From Lophium mytilinum (Eukaryota): a stretch of 64,000 bases of DNA. Each line of letters opens with the position of its first letter. The first letter of the stretch is position 1. Location: contig MU004183.1 in assembly GCA_010093605.1 (NCBI GenBank), positions 2,356,001 through 2,420,000 of the forward strand, written 5' to 3'. Both the position numbers and the translations under genes were made by a program. Below the pieces are notes generated by a model that was not told the origin of the DNA, did no database searches, and saw only the letters and a list, made by a program, of their open reading frames with translations. This document shows positions 26,212-38,509 of the stretch, one piece after another.

Positions 26212-29200
26212 ATGGCTTCCCACCCTTCTCCCTCTGAGGAGAAACCCTACCAATGGCCTTCAAACTCTGCAAACAGCTTTCGGGAGGAGTATCTGCAGCC
26301 ATCAACCAACAACGCCGCAACTAGCCCTTCCACTGCGGTTGAAGCAACCGAAGAACCGATAATATCTGACACCGCATCCACATCATCCGCGTCCGATGTG
26401 GACGATGAGAAACCAGGAAGATATAAGTCAATTGGCAAGGCTCGGCGGACCCTTGGAATGGAGAGGACGACGACCTCCAAGTCCAACAGAGACAATTTCG
26501 AAATGGATCCTGAAGCTGCCGCGGAGGTGCGAAAATTAGCCCGGACTCACACATACACTACCAATCGTTCGCGAGCTGCGTCGAACGCGGGCACCGACTT
26601 AGAGCGATCCGGTACGCTCGCCGGAGTACACATGGGAGACCCTGTGCTGGACCCAGACAGCGCAGAATTCGATATCTACAAATGGCTACGGATGTTCACG
26701 ACCCTTGTACGGGAAGAGGACATCAAGACCCGGCAAGCTGGTTTCAATTTCAAGAACCTCAATATCTCTGGCTCTGGCAATGCGCTACAGCTGCAAAATG
26801 ATGTGATGGCCCCGTTCATGGCCCCTTTCCGATTGGGAGAGTATTTCAGCTTCGGTAAGAAGTCAGAGAAGAAGATCCTACGCAACTTTGAAGGTGTGCT
26901 CGGCGCTGGAGAGATGTTGATCGTGCTAGGAAGGCCTGGCAGTGGTTGTTCTACTTTCCTCAAGACCATTACGGGTCAAATGCACGGTCTAAAGCAGGAC
27001 AAGGAGTCTAAAATTCACTACAATGGTACTTTACAGATTCCCACAGCCTTAACACATGCTAATGGAGCCAGGAATTCCACAAGAGCAGATGCTGAAGCAG
27101 TTTAGAGGAGAGGTCGTCTATAATCAGGAAGTGGACAAACATTTCCCTCATCTCACCGTATGGGAGACACTGTCGTTTGCAGCGGCAGCACGCACCCCTA
27201 GTCGGCGTGTAAAGGACATTCCTCGACCTCAGTACATCGAGCACTTGACGAAGGTCATGATGAATATCTTTGGTCTCAGCCACACGAAGGACACCAAGGT
27301 AAATAATTGCACACGGAGTGTCTTTATCTAAGCTAATCTTTACTCAGGTCGGAAATGACTACGTCCGTGGTGTTTCTGGTGGAGAGAGGAAGAGAGTATC
27401 TATTGCCGAAATGGCCTTAGCGGGAAGCGCAATTGCCGCATGGGATAATTCGACCCGCGGACTCGACGCGGCATCGGCGTTGGAATTCACCAAGTCCCTT
27501 AAACTCAGCTCCAAAGTTGGCGGAACTTGCCACGTAGTTGCCATTTACCAAGCCTCACAAGCTATCTACGACCTCTTCGATAAAGCAATTGTGCTTTACG
27601 AGGGCCGCCAGATCTACTATGGATCGACCGAGCAAGCCAGAGAATACTTCTCAAACATGGGATGGCACTGTCCCTCCCGTCAAACGACGGGAGATTTCCT
27701 TACTTCGGTCACCAATCCTGCAGAGCGCAAAGCAAAAGAAGGATTCGAAAAGAAAGTACCAAGGACGCCGGACGAGTTCGCGGAATACTGGCGAAAATCT
27801 CAAGAGCATGCATCACTGCAAAAAGAGATCGCTGCGAATGATGCGGAGTATCCTGTGGGAGGAGGAGCTGTCACATCCTTCGAGGAGAGCCACAGGGAAA
27901 AGCAAGCAGGGCACACTCGCAAAGGATCCCCGTTCCTGCTCAGCCCTTTTATGCAGATAAAGCTCTGTATGAAGCGGTCGTACCAGCGAACGATCAACGA
28001 CAAGACAGCTACTGTGACTGTTGTCTGCGGTCAAATTATCATGGGTTCGATTCCCCGTTCTATTCTCAATCACCTACTAATCAGAATATCGTCTCAGCGT
28101 TGATTATCGGCTCCATTTTCTACGGTACCCGCGACGACACCGCGTCGTTCTTTTCGAAGGGGGCTGTTTTGTTCTTTGCAATTCTGCTCAACGCCTTGAT
28201 TGCCATCACCGAGATCAACACTCTCTACAGCCAACGTCCAATTGTCGAAAAGCAAGCTTCGTAAGTACTTTCACGCCAACTCCCCGGCATGAGAACTATG
28301 CGTTGAATCTAACCGCAACTAGATATGCCTTCTACCATCCCTATGTGGAAGGCTTTGCTGGTATAATTGCTGATCTACCAGTAAAATTCATTGCCGCCAG
28401 CTGCTTTAATATCATTCTCTACTTCTTAGCCGGCTTACGGAGAACCCCAAGCCAGTTCTTCATCTTCTTTCTTTTCAATTTTATCTCGCAACTGTGTAAG
28501 TAAGCTCACGATAAAGATGAAAACTTTCCCAGCAATTTGTTTGTTTGAGAAACTACTCAGGGAGTATTCCGAGACAACCATAGTGGTGTCTTAAAACCCC
28601 TTATAAAAGTGTTTCACGCAACAGTTGTTACAAGAAATCAATACTGGTTTTCACTCTAGTTCTAAAAGATTTGCTAACTTTATTGCCACCCTAAGGTATG
28701 ACTTGCATCTTCCGAACGATTGCCGCGCTCACCAAAACGGTGACGGTCGCCTTGACTGGCGCCGGTGTGCTCGTGCTGATGATAGTCATCTACACCGGCT
28801 TCACTATACCCCGGCCGTAAGTCCGATTGATGCAAATTTGAGCATTCAAGCTAACTACTCCTAGATACATGCACGTCTGGTTCTTATGGCTTTCTTATGC
28901 GAATCCAATCGCCTTCGCCTTCGAGTCTATCCTAGTTAACGAAGTCCATGGACGCACGTTCCCATGCAGCTCGCTCGTTCCTTCCTACCCCAACATGGAG
29001 CCCAACACCTTCATCTGCTCAATACCTGGCGCAGTCTTAGGCGAACGAACGGTTTCAGGAGACGCTTGGGTCGAGAGCGCCTACCAGTACAGCTACTCCC
29101 ACATCTGGCGAAATCTCGGTTTCATCTGCGCATTCCTGATCTTCTTCTTGTTCACGTACCTGCTGGGCACTGAGCTTAATTCTTCAACTTCGTCGACCGC

Positions 29201-31694
29201 GGAGTTCCTCGTTTTCCGTCGTGGTAATGTGCCAAAATACATGAAGGACGCCGATGGCAAGAATGTCAGCGAGGAAACCGGCGGCGCTGCAGTTGTTGGA
29301 GGCCAGGGAGACTCCGAAAAAGAGAAAGACGAGGAGATGAACGTTATCCCTCCGCAGAAAGATATCTTTACGTGGAGGGACGTGAAATATGAGATCCCAG
29401 TCAAGGGCGGCCACCGTGTCTTGCTTGATAATGTATCTGGATGGGTGAAACCTGTAAGTTTCTTCACTAGGGACCAAGTAGGACAAAAGCTAAGGATATC
29501 AAGGGAACCCTTACTGCCTTGATGGGTGTGTCCGGCGCCGGCAAGACGACTCTTCTAGATGTTTTGGCTCAGCGTGTCTCTCAGCGTGTCTCTTTCGGAG
29601 TCATCACTGGCGACATGTTCGTGAACGGCAAGCCTCTAGACGACAGCTTTCAGCGAAAGACAGGCTACGTTCAGCAACAAGATCTCCACCTGGAAACCAC
29701 CACAGTTAGGGAAGCACTCAGATTTAGCGCTATGCTCCGGCAACCTAAATCTGTATCCAAGAAGGAGAAATACGAGTACGTCGAAGACGTGATAAAGATG
29801 CTTGCCATGGAAGATTTCAGCGAAGCCATCGTTGGTCAACCCGGCGAAGGCCTCAACGTCGAGCAGAGAAAGCTTCTGACTATTGGCGTGGAATTGGCCG
29901 CAAAGCCTGCGCTTTTGCTCTTCCTTGATGAGCCAACTTCTGGGCTCGACTCGCAATCCTCCTGGGCTATCGTTGCTTTCTTGCGCAAGTTGGCGGACAA
30001 CGGCCAAGCCGTTTTGTCAACCATCCATCAGGTAAGTTTGAGTGAAATTCAATAGTTACAGGCCACTCTAACGTCACGTCCTCAGCCGAGCTCCATTCTT
30101 TTCCAATCTTTCGACCGCCTCCTCTTCCTGGCCAAAGGTGGCAAGACCGTCTATTTCGGCGACATTGGCGAAAACTCCCGAACACTCCTGGACTACTTCG
30201 AGAAGAACGGTAGCCGTCACTGTGAAGACACGGAAAATCCTGCGGAGTTTATGCTGGAGATTGTTGGCGCTGGCGCCAGCGGCAAGTCAACTCAGGACTG
30301 GCATGACGTTTGGAAGAACAGTAGTCAAGCGCAAGATGTGCAGAAAGAGCTTGATCGCATTCATGAAGAAAAGAAGCATGAGGAAATTGCTGGCGCGGAT
30401 AGGCCAGATGCACATAGCGAGTTTGCGATGCCCTTCACCACACAGCTGTTCTACGTTACCCAACGAGTATTTCAGCAGTACTGGCGCACACCAACTTATG
30501 TATGGGGCAAGATGTTGCTTGGAATATTGAGCGCCTTGTAAGCATTACCCCATTACTGCTCTCTTTTAAAGGCAACTCTAACGCAGCTGCAGGTTCATTG
30601 GTTTCTCCTTCTACAAGCAAAACAGCTCACAGCAAGGCCTTCAGGATGTAATATTTTCGGTGTTCATGATGACAACGATCTTCACAACGCTTGTCCAGCA
30701 GGTAAGACCTGGAAATACCGCCCCTTTCCTCCGACTCAACCCAAGAACCATAGCTTCCAAGCTCATGTCGGCTTCAATTTTGGCGGCTTACACTTCATAG
30801 ATCATGCCACTCTTCGTTACACAACGCGACCTGTACGAAGTCCGCGAACGCCCGTCCAAGTCATACTCGTGGAAAGCCTTCCTCATTGCCAACATCTTCG
30901 TGGAAATCCCCTACCAAATTATGCTCGGAATCGTCGTGTGGGCTAGCTACTACTACCCCATCTACACCACCGACGGCATCCAGTCCTCCGAGCGCCAGGG
31001 CCTAATTCTCCTCTACAGCATCCAATTCTTCATCTTCGGCTCCACCTTCGCGCACGCCCTCATTGCCGGTCTTCCCGACGCTGAAACCGCCGGCAACATC
31101 GCCACCTTCATGTTCTCGCTCACCCTTGTCTTCAATGGCGTCATGCAGCCTCCGAATGCTCTCCCCGGCTTCTGGATCTTCATGTACCGCGTCTCCCCCC
31201 TCACATACTGGGTGTCCGGTGTCGTGTCCACCGGTCTAGCGGGTAAGGCTGTCAACTGCGCCGACAACGAACTCGCCATCTTCAACCCGCCCGCGGGCCA
31301 GAACTGCGGCGACTACGCCGGCTCCTACGCCAACATGAGTGGTGGAAATCTGCTCAATCCAACCGCCATGCAAGACTGTCGGTTCTGCTCGCTCAGTACC
31401 TCAGACCAGTTCCTCGCGTCTGTGTCAATTGACTACACGACGCGGTGGCGAAATTTCGGGATCGTGTGGGCGTATGTCGTGTTCAATATCTTTGCGGCAG
31501 TGTGCTTTTACTACTTCTTTAGGGTGGCAGGGAAGAAGAGTTTTGGGTTAGGGAAGGTTAAGGAGAAGGTCATGGGGTTGATGAGGAGGGGGGACCGGAA
31601 AGGGGAGGCTAAGGAGCCGGTAGGAAAGAGGGAGGGCGAGGAGCATACGACTGTGTCTGACAACAAGAACGCGGAGAATCCAGCGATAGTGTAG
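26212..31694 (+). CDS. Pleiotropic drug resistance (PDR/ABCG) full-size ABC transporter, multi-exon
   Basis: NBD1 [26 protein letters not shown] and [12 protein letters not shown]2 [24 protein letters not shown] and [10 protein letters not shown]. Two TM domains and PDR Cys-rich extracellular loops. Confidence 0.97.
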
Positions 31695-31709
31695 GCTGAA
31701 GGGGGCCAC

Positions 31710-33090
31710 TCAGCTCTTACATCTCGTGAATCTTAAGGTAAGATAGGCCAGGGGGGCCATTCAGTCCTATCCACTGTCGCAGTAGTGACACAAACCATGC
31801 CCCAATTCAGGCGTCGAAGCAGGATTACGTACCCTGTCCAACACTCCTAATCCACGACCTCCAGCGCTTTACATCTGGTGGTTCTCAAGGTCATAAAGGG
31901 CAGAGGAACACCTAGCACTATGCACTACTGCAGCAGTAAGATTACTAGCTCCTAATTCACGTTTTGAATTATACGTTACCTAGATACTTACCCTTTTTCC
32001 CTGACCCTAAAACACGGCCTCCTGCGCTTTACATCTCGTGATTTTCGAATTAGATAGGCCAGGAGCGCCATCCAGTCCTTCCCGCTGTCGCAGCGGTAGT
32101 CATTAAACGACCTAATCCACACGTTGAAGCATTTCGGGGCTGGAATACGTCTCCTGTTCCATAGTCTCAATTCGGAGCCTCCACCGCCTTACATCTCGTC
32201 ATTCTCAAGCTCAGATAGGCTAGGGGGGCACCCAATGCTATCCACTATGGTAGCATCAACACCGCCGCGCTCTAGTTTACGTCTTCACGCATTGGGAGCC
32301 TAGATACCTACTCTTTTTCCACGATCTTAAACTACAGTTCCCGGTTCTTTACATCTCGGAAGTCTAAAGGTTAGATAGGCCAGGGGCGCCAGCTAGCCGT
32401 ATCCAGTGGTGCAGGGGTAGGAGCACTAGCTCCTAATTCACGCCTTGAAGCATTTTCAAGCCTATATCCTTTTTCCTTTTCCTAGTCTGTAATTTATAGC
32501 CTCTATCTCTTTACATCTAGTACTCTTTAGGGTTGACTAGGCCAGGGGCGCCAACTAATCTTATCTGATAGCGCAGCGGTGGTGAAGAATACTTCTGGTT
32601 TTATGCGGTAAGGAATTCATAGCCTAGATCCCTCCTCTTTTTCCGCATTTCTAATTTATAGCCTCTAACTCTTTACATCTAGTAGCCACTATAGGTAGAT
32701 AGTCCAGGGGCGCTAGCCAGCTATATATAGCACCGCAGCGTTAGTAGTAGCATCCTCTAATTTAGCCGTTGCAGGATTTCGATCTTAAATCCTTACTCTT
32801 TTCCCGCTACTTTAAATTGCAGGTTCCTGCTCTTTACATCTTGTAAATCTTAAGGTTAGATAGGCCAGGGGGACCAGCGAGCCCTATCTACTACCGCAGT
32901 AGTAATAATAGTTCTCTCTAATCTACGCGGTGTAGAAATCATAGTCTGAATTCTTACCCCATTTCCGCAGCCCTAAGTTACAGCTTCCAGCTCTTTACAT
33001 CTCGTAAATCCAAAGGCTAGTTAGACTAGGAGCGCCTTCCAGCTCTATTAGTATGTGCAGCGACGACATTATAAACCTCTGATTCACGCT
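31710..33090. repeat. Degenerate tandem array, 9 units of about 161 bp
   Basis: Anchor TTACATCT occurs at 31717, 31869, 32029, 32189, 32349, 32511, 32673, 32834 and 32995, mostly followed by an AGATAGGCCAGGGG-like motif. Confidence 0.9.
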
Positions 33091-33424
33091 TCCAAGTAGG
33101 AGGCGTAAGTATCTAGCACGACACGTGATATAGCGCAATGAACAACTTTCAGAACTATAGATTATTGTACCTACGTTTAGGCTACCTAGCCTACCACTAA
33201 GTAAGAGTAAAAGTCCTATTTCTAACTACAGTTTCTTAGAAACAAGCACGCAATGGCCCGGACGAAGTAACAAAAGACCATATTACGCAAGCGGCTAAGA
33301 AACACACTAAGCATAGAAGATGTCACAGAATCAAAGGAAATGAGAAGTCATATTCGCTAGCTACCAATCATCGCCAATCCATCATCCTATTGCGCACACT
33401 CATCATCCATTGAGGTGCTTTTGA

Positions 33425-35344
33425 CTATCTAACCCTACTGCTAAACTCCTCGCCGCCCTTCCAGACCTTGGGAGCCGGGTCCTCCCCTCCCTCCTCCGGG
33501 CCCGAATCGTGACCCCTCTTGCTTCCCGGGACTAGCTGAGGCTGAACCGGAGCTGCTGTGGCGGTCGTTTGCTGAGCCGTTGGCATCGTCGGGGGTGGCG
33601 CGACCACGGCCGGAGGCTGTGCAGCGGCCTGCGCCGCACTGGCCGAGTTGGAGGGCGTGGTGGAGGGGGAGGCGTTGAGGGCGGTCAGAATGTTCAGCAG
33701 TTCTGTTGGTGAAAGGCCCGGAAGCGTGGGCGCGGGGGCAGGCGGAGGGGCGGTAGCAGGCACTAAGCTCTGCAGAAGTGCTGCAAGATTTGACTGCGCG
33801 GCGTTGCTTGTTGCGGAAGAAGGAGGGACGTATTGCGCGGACGTATACGACGCTGACCAAGGATCTGCTACAGGCGGCGTGGTATTAAGGCCAGGAATTG
33901 CGACGCGTGGTGCCGTTGATGTAGGTACTTGCGCCGAAAGGGTGGTCTTCTCTTTAAGCTGCGTCTCCTCTTCGCGGTACTTCTCACAGAAGTTCTTCCA
34001 ATCTAGCGGCGACATGCCCTCCAAGCCTAGCTGTTCCCATATCTCTTCTTCAAGATCTTGATACATTTGGGGGTTGTTAATGACCTCGCCGTGGCTAGCA
34101 CAACGTTTCTCGTGCTTTTGTGCACATTTGTTCATCTCAGTGGTACTCAGCGCGCTCTTCTTATACGCTGCGTTCCTCCACATGGTGCCATTGAGGCGGT
34201 CAAACTGTTGGTAAAGGCGGTTCAAGAGGGCGATGCGTGTGTCATATTCTACCAGGCATCCTGGAGTCTGGAGAGGCTCCACCTCGATACCAGCATGAGC
34301 AGGAGCTCGCCTCGAAGGGCCAGATTCAGAGGTAGCGGCCGAAGACGTTGACGAACCGAACGTTAATGGGACAAATGGAACTGGAGACAGCGAGAAAGTG
34401 CTAGACGTCGCGGGGCTCTCCCAGGACTGGCGGGAGGCGTCGGACGATGCGAAAGATGGTGACGAGATTTGCGATGTGGATTCTGAGTTGGGTTGGGGTG
34501 GAGTGGAAATCGGGTCGTTGTTGGCAGCGTCACTGGAGGAGCCTTCACCAGGTTGAAGGGCTTCAGACGCCATCAGACCGCTGTACATAGGCAGCGGAGA
34601 TTCGACCAAAGCATCTGTCATATCAGAGTCTGCTCGATCCAAACCCTCCATTGCATCAACGCCCAGATCAGGACCCTCCGGGCTCGTCTGTTCCATAGCT
34701 AGAGAAGGCTCATGCTCATCCAGGATGGGCTCATATTGATCCGGCATGGGCTCATGCTGATCCAGAATGGGCTCATGCTGATCCAAGATGGGCTCGGGAT
34801 CCTCCGTGTTGGCCATATCGGTGTCGGCATCTTCATCGATTGCAGATGGCATAGAGTATGCTTGGTGTGTATCAGCTTGCCACTTCTCCATGGCGGTCAT
34901 AACTTCTTCAATGCCAGGAATCGTCGAGGAGACATAGCGTCGGGCAGTAGTGGGCCGAGGAATACGCTTCGGGAACCAGACAATCCTGTCGCAAGGCCTG
35001 GTGCGATAGTAATTGAAGCCGGACATATCTTTCGCTTGGTGGGCTCGCGGTGGTGGCGCATGATGCGGAGGCACGGGCGTCATGGGTTTTGCAACCTCTC
35101 TGACCGCCTCAGCGACGTCGGTGTCAATTCTCAGGCTCTGGAGACCGGCAATGATAGAGCCCACTTGAAAGCCCTCGGGACTCGCTTGCGGAGGAGGCTT
35201 CGGCAACTTTGCGTTGGTGGGAAAGAAGTTGATCTTTGCGTTCTTCCTCCAACCTTCGAAATTTGGCTTCATCGACCAATGGGACCAATCACGGAAGAAG
35301 CGAAGCTCATCCTGAGACGTCGTGAAGTCTTGAAGACTAGACAT
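33425..35344 (-). CDS. Hypothetical intronless, largely low-complexity protein of about 640 aa
   Basis: Long open frame, probable start MSSLQDFTT. Has an internal 7-aa repeat (EPILDQH-like, about 4 copies) and an A/P/S/T-rich C-terminus. No family recognised. Confidence 0.6.
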   Translation of the reverse strand: MSSLQDFTTSQDELRFFRDWSHWSMKPNFEGWRKNAKINFFPTNAKLPKPPPQASPEGFQVGSIIAGLQSLRIDTDVAEAVREVAKPMTPVPPHHAPPPRAHQAKDMSGFNYYRTRPCDRIVWFPKRIPRPTTARRYVSSTIPGIEEVMTAMEKWQADTHQAYSMPSAIDEDADTDMANTEDPEPILDQHEPILDQHEPMPDQYEPILDEHEPSLAMEQTSPEGPDLGVDAMEGLDRADSDMTDALVESPLPMYSGLMASEALQPGEGSSSDAANNDPISTPPQPNSESTSQISSPSFASSDASRQSWESPATSSTFSLSPVPFVPLTFGSSTSSAATSESGPSRRAPAHAGIEVEPLQTPGCLVEYDTRIALLNRLYQQFDRLNGTMWRNAAYKKSALSTTEMNKCAQKHEKRCASHGEVINNPQMYQDLEEEIWEQLGLEGMSPLDWKNFCEKYREEETQLKEKTTLSAQVPTSTAPRVAIPGLNTTPPVADPWSASYTSAQYVPPSSATSNAAQSNLAALLQSLVPATAPPPAPAPTLPGLSPTELLNILTALNASPSTTPSNSASAAQAAAQPPAVVAPPPTMPTAQQTTATAAPVQPQLVPGSKRGHDSGPEEGGEDPAPKVWKGGEEFSSRVR

Positions 35345-35787
35345 GATGACTGCCGGGGTAGAGTGGGGACGAGAGGGATTGAACACAGGAGTGATGGTTA
35401 TGAGAGAGGAGGACGGAGATATGCGGTGACTGGAGCCTCTGACGTGATGAGGAGACGATTCAATTCGGAGGCGGGAGGATTGTTCGCGACGCGCGGGCTG
35501 AGCGAGAAAGCTGGAGCTGAAGCTGTCGGTAGAAGGTGTACAAGGATGTTGGAGCGTGAGCAAGGAAGAGCTGTTGAAGCTGTGAGGATGGAAAGACGAG
35601 GTTGGTGTAGAAGTAAAGAAGGGTAGTCGAGGTTTTGAAGATGAAGAGGTGGTTGTGTTGAATATCACTTCACCTTGCCCGCACGGACCCAGGCGAGCGG
35701 TCATCTGGCAACTGGCGGCAGAAAGTTCATGCGACTCCGAATCCTATTTCACCGCTGATAGAATAAGGGCGCCGCTGATCGTACATA

Positions 35788-36012
35788 CAGTAATTAGGCC
35801 ATGTCTAGGTACACTGGTACGTTGCTGCTTGGGGCCCCCCCACAGGGTTTCGAAGACCTAAGGGCGACGTCAATCTTCAAGCAGTGCATATTGGACTGTC
35901 TCTTGACTAGTTTCCTGCTCAGCAGCCATGTTACCCTTGACGGTGGTGTTGAATGGGCAAGTTGGAGCGGAGCTGTAATGATTCCGTGTGCCTAGACTTG
36001 TGGCTAGGACTG
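35788..36012. mobile_element. MITE family A, copy 2
   Basis: TA|CAGTAATTAGGCCA...CTAGACTTGTGGCTAGGACTG|TA. Shares CTTCAAGCAGTGCA and GGTGTTGA.TGGGCAAGTTG with 15103-15317. Confidence 0.75.
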
Positions 36013-36404
36013 TACCTTTCTTAATAACAGAGTGTACCTCAACATTTGTTCCATTTCCAACTGCGGACGCGGCGGATAGAAGGAAAGCATATAGAAATTA
36101 TGAAAGCGATACACGTGGACCAACCTAGGTATATCTTTCCAGGAACACTTTGCGGTTGTTGTGGTAGATGTCGCAATATAGCCCTCTTGAGCCGCCGGCA
36201 TCACATTACCTAGCATTATATTTTGAATCTTCACCTCACGTACTCGCTATCTTTAGCCCAGAGCCTACGTCTGTCCTCTTTTCGAACTCGCCAAGTGATC
36301 GAGAAAGATAGAAAAGATAGTAACAAAGCCAGAAGATCCCCATTATAGGATATGTAGGGATATACCGTCTCTCTTGAAATATTTGGTTTCAAGTTCTTAC
36401 CTAC

Positions 36405-37474
36405 CTACAGCTTGGCTCCCTTCTCAATATCCAATTTTGCAATAATAGGAGCAAGCATGGCTTTCATCGCCTCGGTCATATCCAGCTCCTGTCCAGTTCC
36501 TTTGCCGATCGGCGGAGCAATATTCCACTCGGGGATAAGTCTAGATCCCCAAGGAGTGATTTCCACGACGGTGCCGCAAGCATACTCGGCCTTCTGGAGC
36601 ATGTCTATCATCTTTTCCGCCACCTGCTCGGGCAACAAAGCCTTGTCATCGGAAAAGGAGAACTGCTTCATCTTTTCCGGCTCAAGCGTGAAGAGCGGCG
36701 TCTTCACCAGACCGGGACAGATTGCCGTCACCCTTACACCAGTAAAAGCATCTGTGTCTTTCATACTTTTGGTAAAGCCAACCACCTAGCTACAAATCAG
36801 AGCGGAGCACGGTTTGACGCACTCTAATACATACCGCATGTTTCGTCGCACAATAAAGCGGAGAAGCAATGTTTCCAGCGATGCCGGCAATGGACGCCTG
36901 CGTTTTGCCGTGAGCATCTCCTCTTAGTCAAACACAGAGGGGCAACTGACAATGATACAGACATCAGCCTTCTTCCCTTTTCCCAATGATGCGCGAATGG
37001 CAAGTCGGGTGAGCTTAAGGGGGTGGTTGACGTTAATATCGACAGATGCATATCGGTCATCTTCCGGATCTTGCCAGAAATTCGACCACGGCTGCATAGA
37101 CAAGCATTAGCGGTCTCCGATCAATGTTTAAGTTCATCCTACCGGATCAAAGACACCTGCGCAGATGCCATACGCGTCAGGGACGTCTCCCCACTGCTTC
37201 TCACTCGCGCCAACGAGCGCCTCAAGGTCTTTCCATTTCGTCACATCGCATTTCTCGAAGATGACGTTGGGGTCTTTCGAAACAAGTGCCTGGGCTTCTT
37301 CTCCTAGCTTCAGGTCGCCAATAACGATCTTAGCGCCCAGTTGATGGGCTTGCTTCACAAGACAGAGCCCGATGCCCGAGCCCTACGATACAGCGGTCAG
37401 TATTCCCGTTATACTAGGTGGCGAGACGCGATTACCCCTCCGGTGATAAGAACGATCTTGTTCTTCAAAGACAT
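36405..37474 (-). CDS. Short-chain dehydrogenase/reductase (15-hydroxyprostaglandin dehydrogenase-like), multi-exon
   Basis: MSLKNKIVLITGG|GSGIG Rossmann motif, CDVTKW, catalytic YVATKH and ICPGLVKTPL. Confidence 0.88.
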
Positions 37475-38509
37475 GATCCTGGATTGTGGTGTCGACTTGC
37501 TGTAGGGTCTACTTCAAATTGGAGAGCTCCGAGGGACGGCGTGAGGTTAGGTTTATCTTAGAGGACATGAGTCGGTTAACTTCAACCGTGCCGGAAATGT
37601 GGCTAGATAACTCTGCGGATTGCGGGGAAAGACGTTGTGGACTACCGCCGCGTCGGCCTGTCTTCTCCATCATGCAATTGCTCGGGAATCTAGCGAGAAG
37701 AGTGGCTCCGGTCGAATCATGCTGAGGACGTTGCTTGGACAGGACCACGTCGCGAGTTTTGAGGTATGCGTATGTAAGCAGAATTCTAAGCTCCGGGCCC
37801 AAGCGAGGCGTGTCTCTTCCCCTAATTAGACTACAATCTCAAATCTTCTCTACTAGTTCGAGATAAAGAGGGCTGAGACTCAGGTTCTAAACTCTCGATC
37901 GCAGCGAGTACAATATTGCGACCCGGTGGTCTCTTGAATCTCACATCACATGATGTATAGCTCAAATAGGACTGGACGCGCTAATCAGCGAGCCGTGCCG
38001 CCCCTGACAGGGCCTCCCATTCCAGCGTTTCGCCGTTTCATCTAGAGAATAGAGTTCCAATGGGTCCATTAATCCATGTCGAATGTGAATTGCGGAGATT
38101 TACTCAAGGTACGGTGCTGACGGTGGCTGAAGATGAAGCGCACTACCAACGCCTTGATGCCGCCAACTGAGGAGCATGGCCCCGAAGCTGGTCCTGACAA
38201 TCAAATGGGTTCAAACTCGAAGTATATTTAAGTCCACGTAGGAGATCTTTGCCAACCAGAGTTCCCTGTTCACGCCACAGCCGCACCACGTCGATGCAAT
38301 GCCTAAACGTGGTAATCCGATCCAAAACACCGCGTCTAGTACCTCCTGCTAATTTCATCAAATGACCATGTCAGCGTCTTTCAAGGGCCTATATACGCTT
38401 TGTTTCTCTCTGTATGAAAGGCGTGCTTTGCTTGATCCAAAACCTTGTCGTTCTTTTATACCACACTCATTTATAGCTTAGCTTCCGTCGTTTGATACGC
38501 TCTTTTAAC

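Noticed and set aside
28494..28695. Long ABC-transporter intron as another hairpin element
   Set aside because: Only weak, short complementarity is visible by eye.
16258..31694. Classical secondary-metabolite cluster including the PDR transporter
   Set aside because: No backbone synthase is in the window, and the transporter is 1.4 kb away with no evidence of co-regulation. Its membership is left open.
31710..33090. CRISPR array or tandem coding repeat (ankyrin/WD40/TPR)
   Set aside because: The context is eukaryotic, whole units are homologous rather than repeat plus unique spacer, and unit lengths are not a constant multiple of 3.
34712..35626. 304-aa plus-strand ORF, and similar antisense ORFs such as 54507-55253
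   Set aside because: These are antisense shadows of better-supported genes and have no recognisable motifs.
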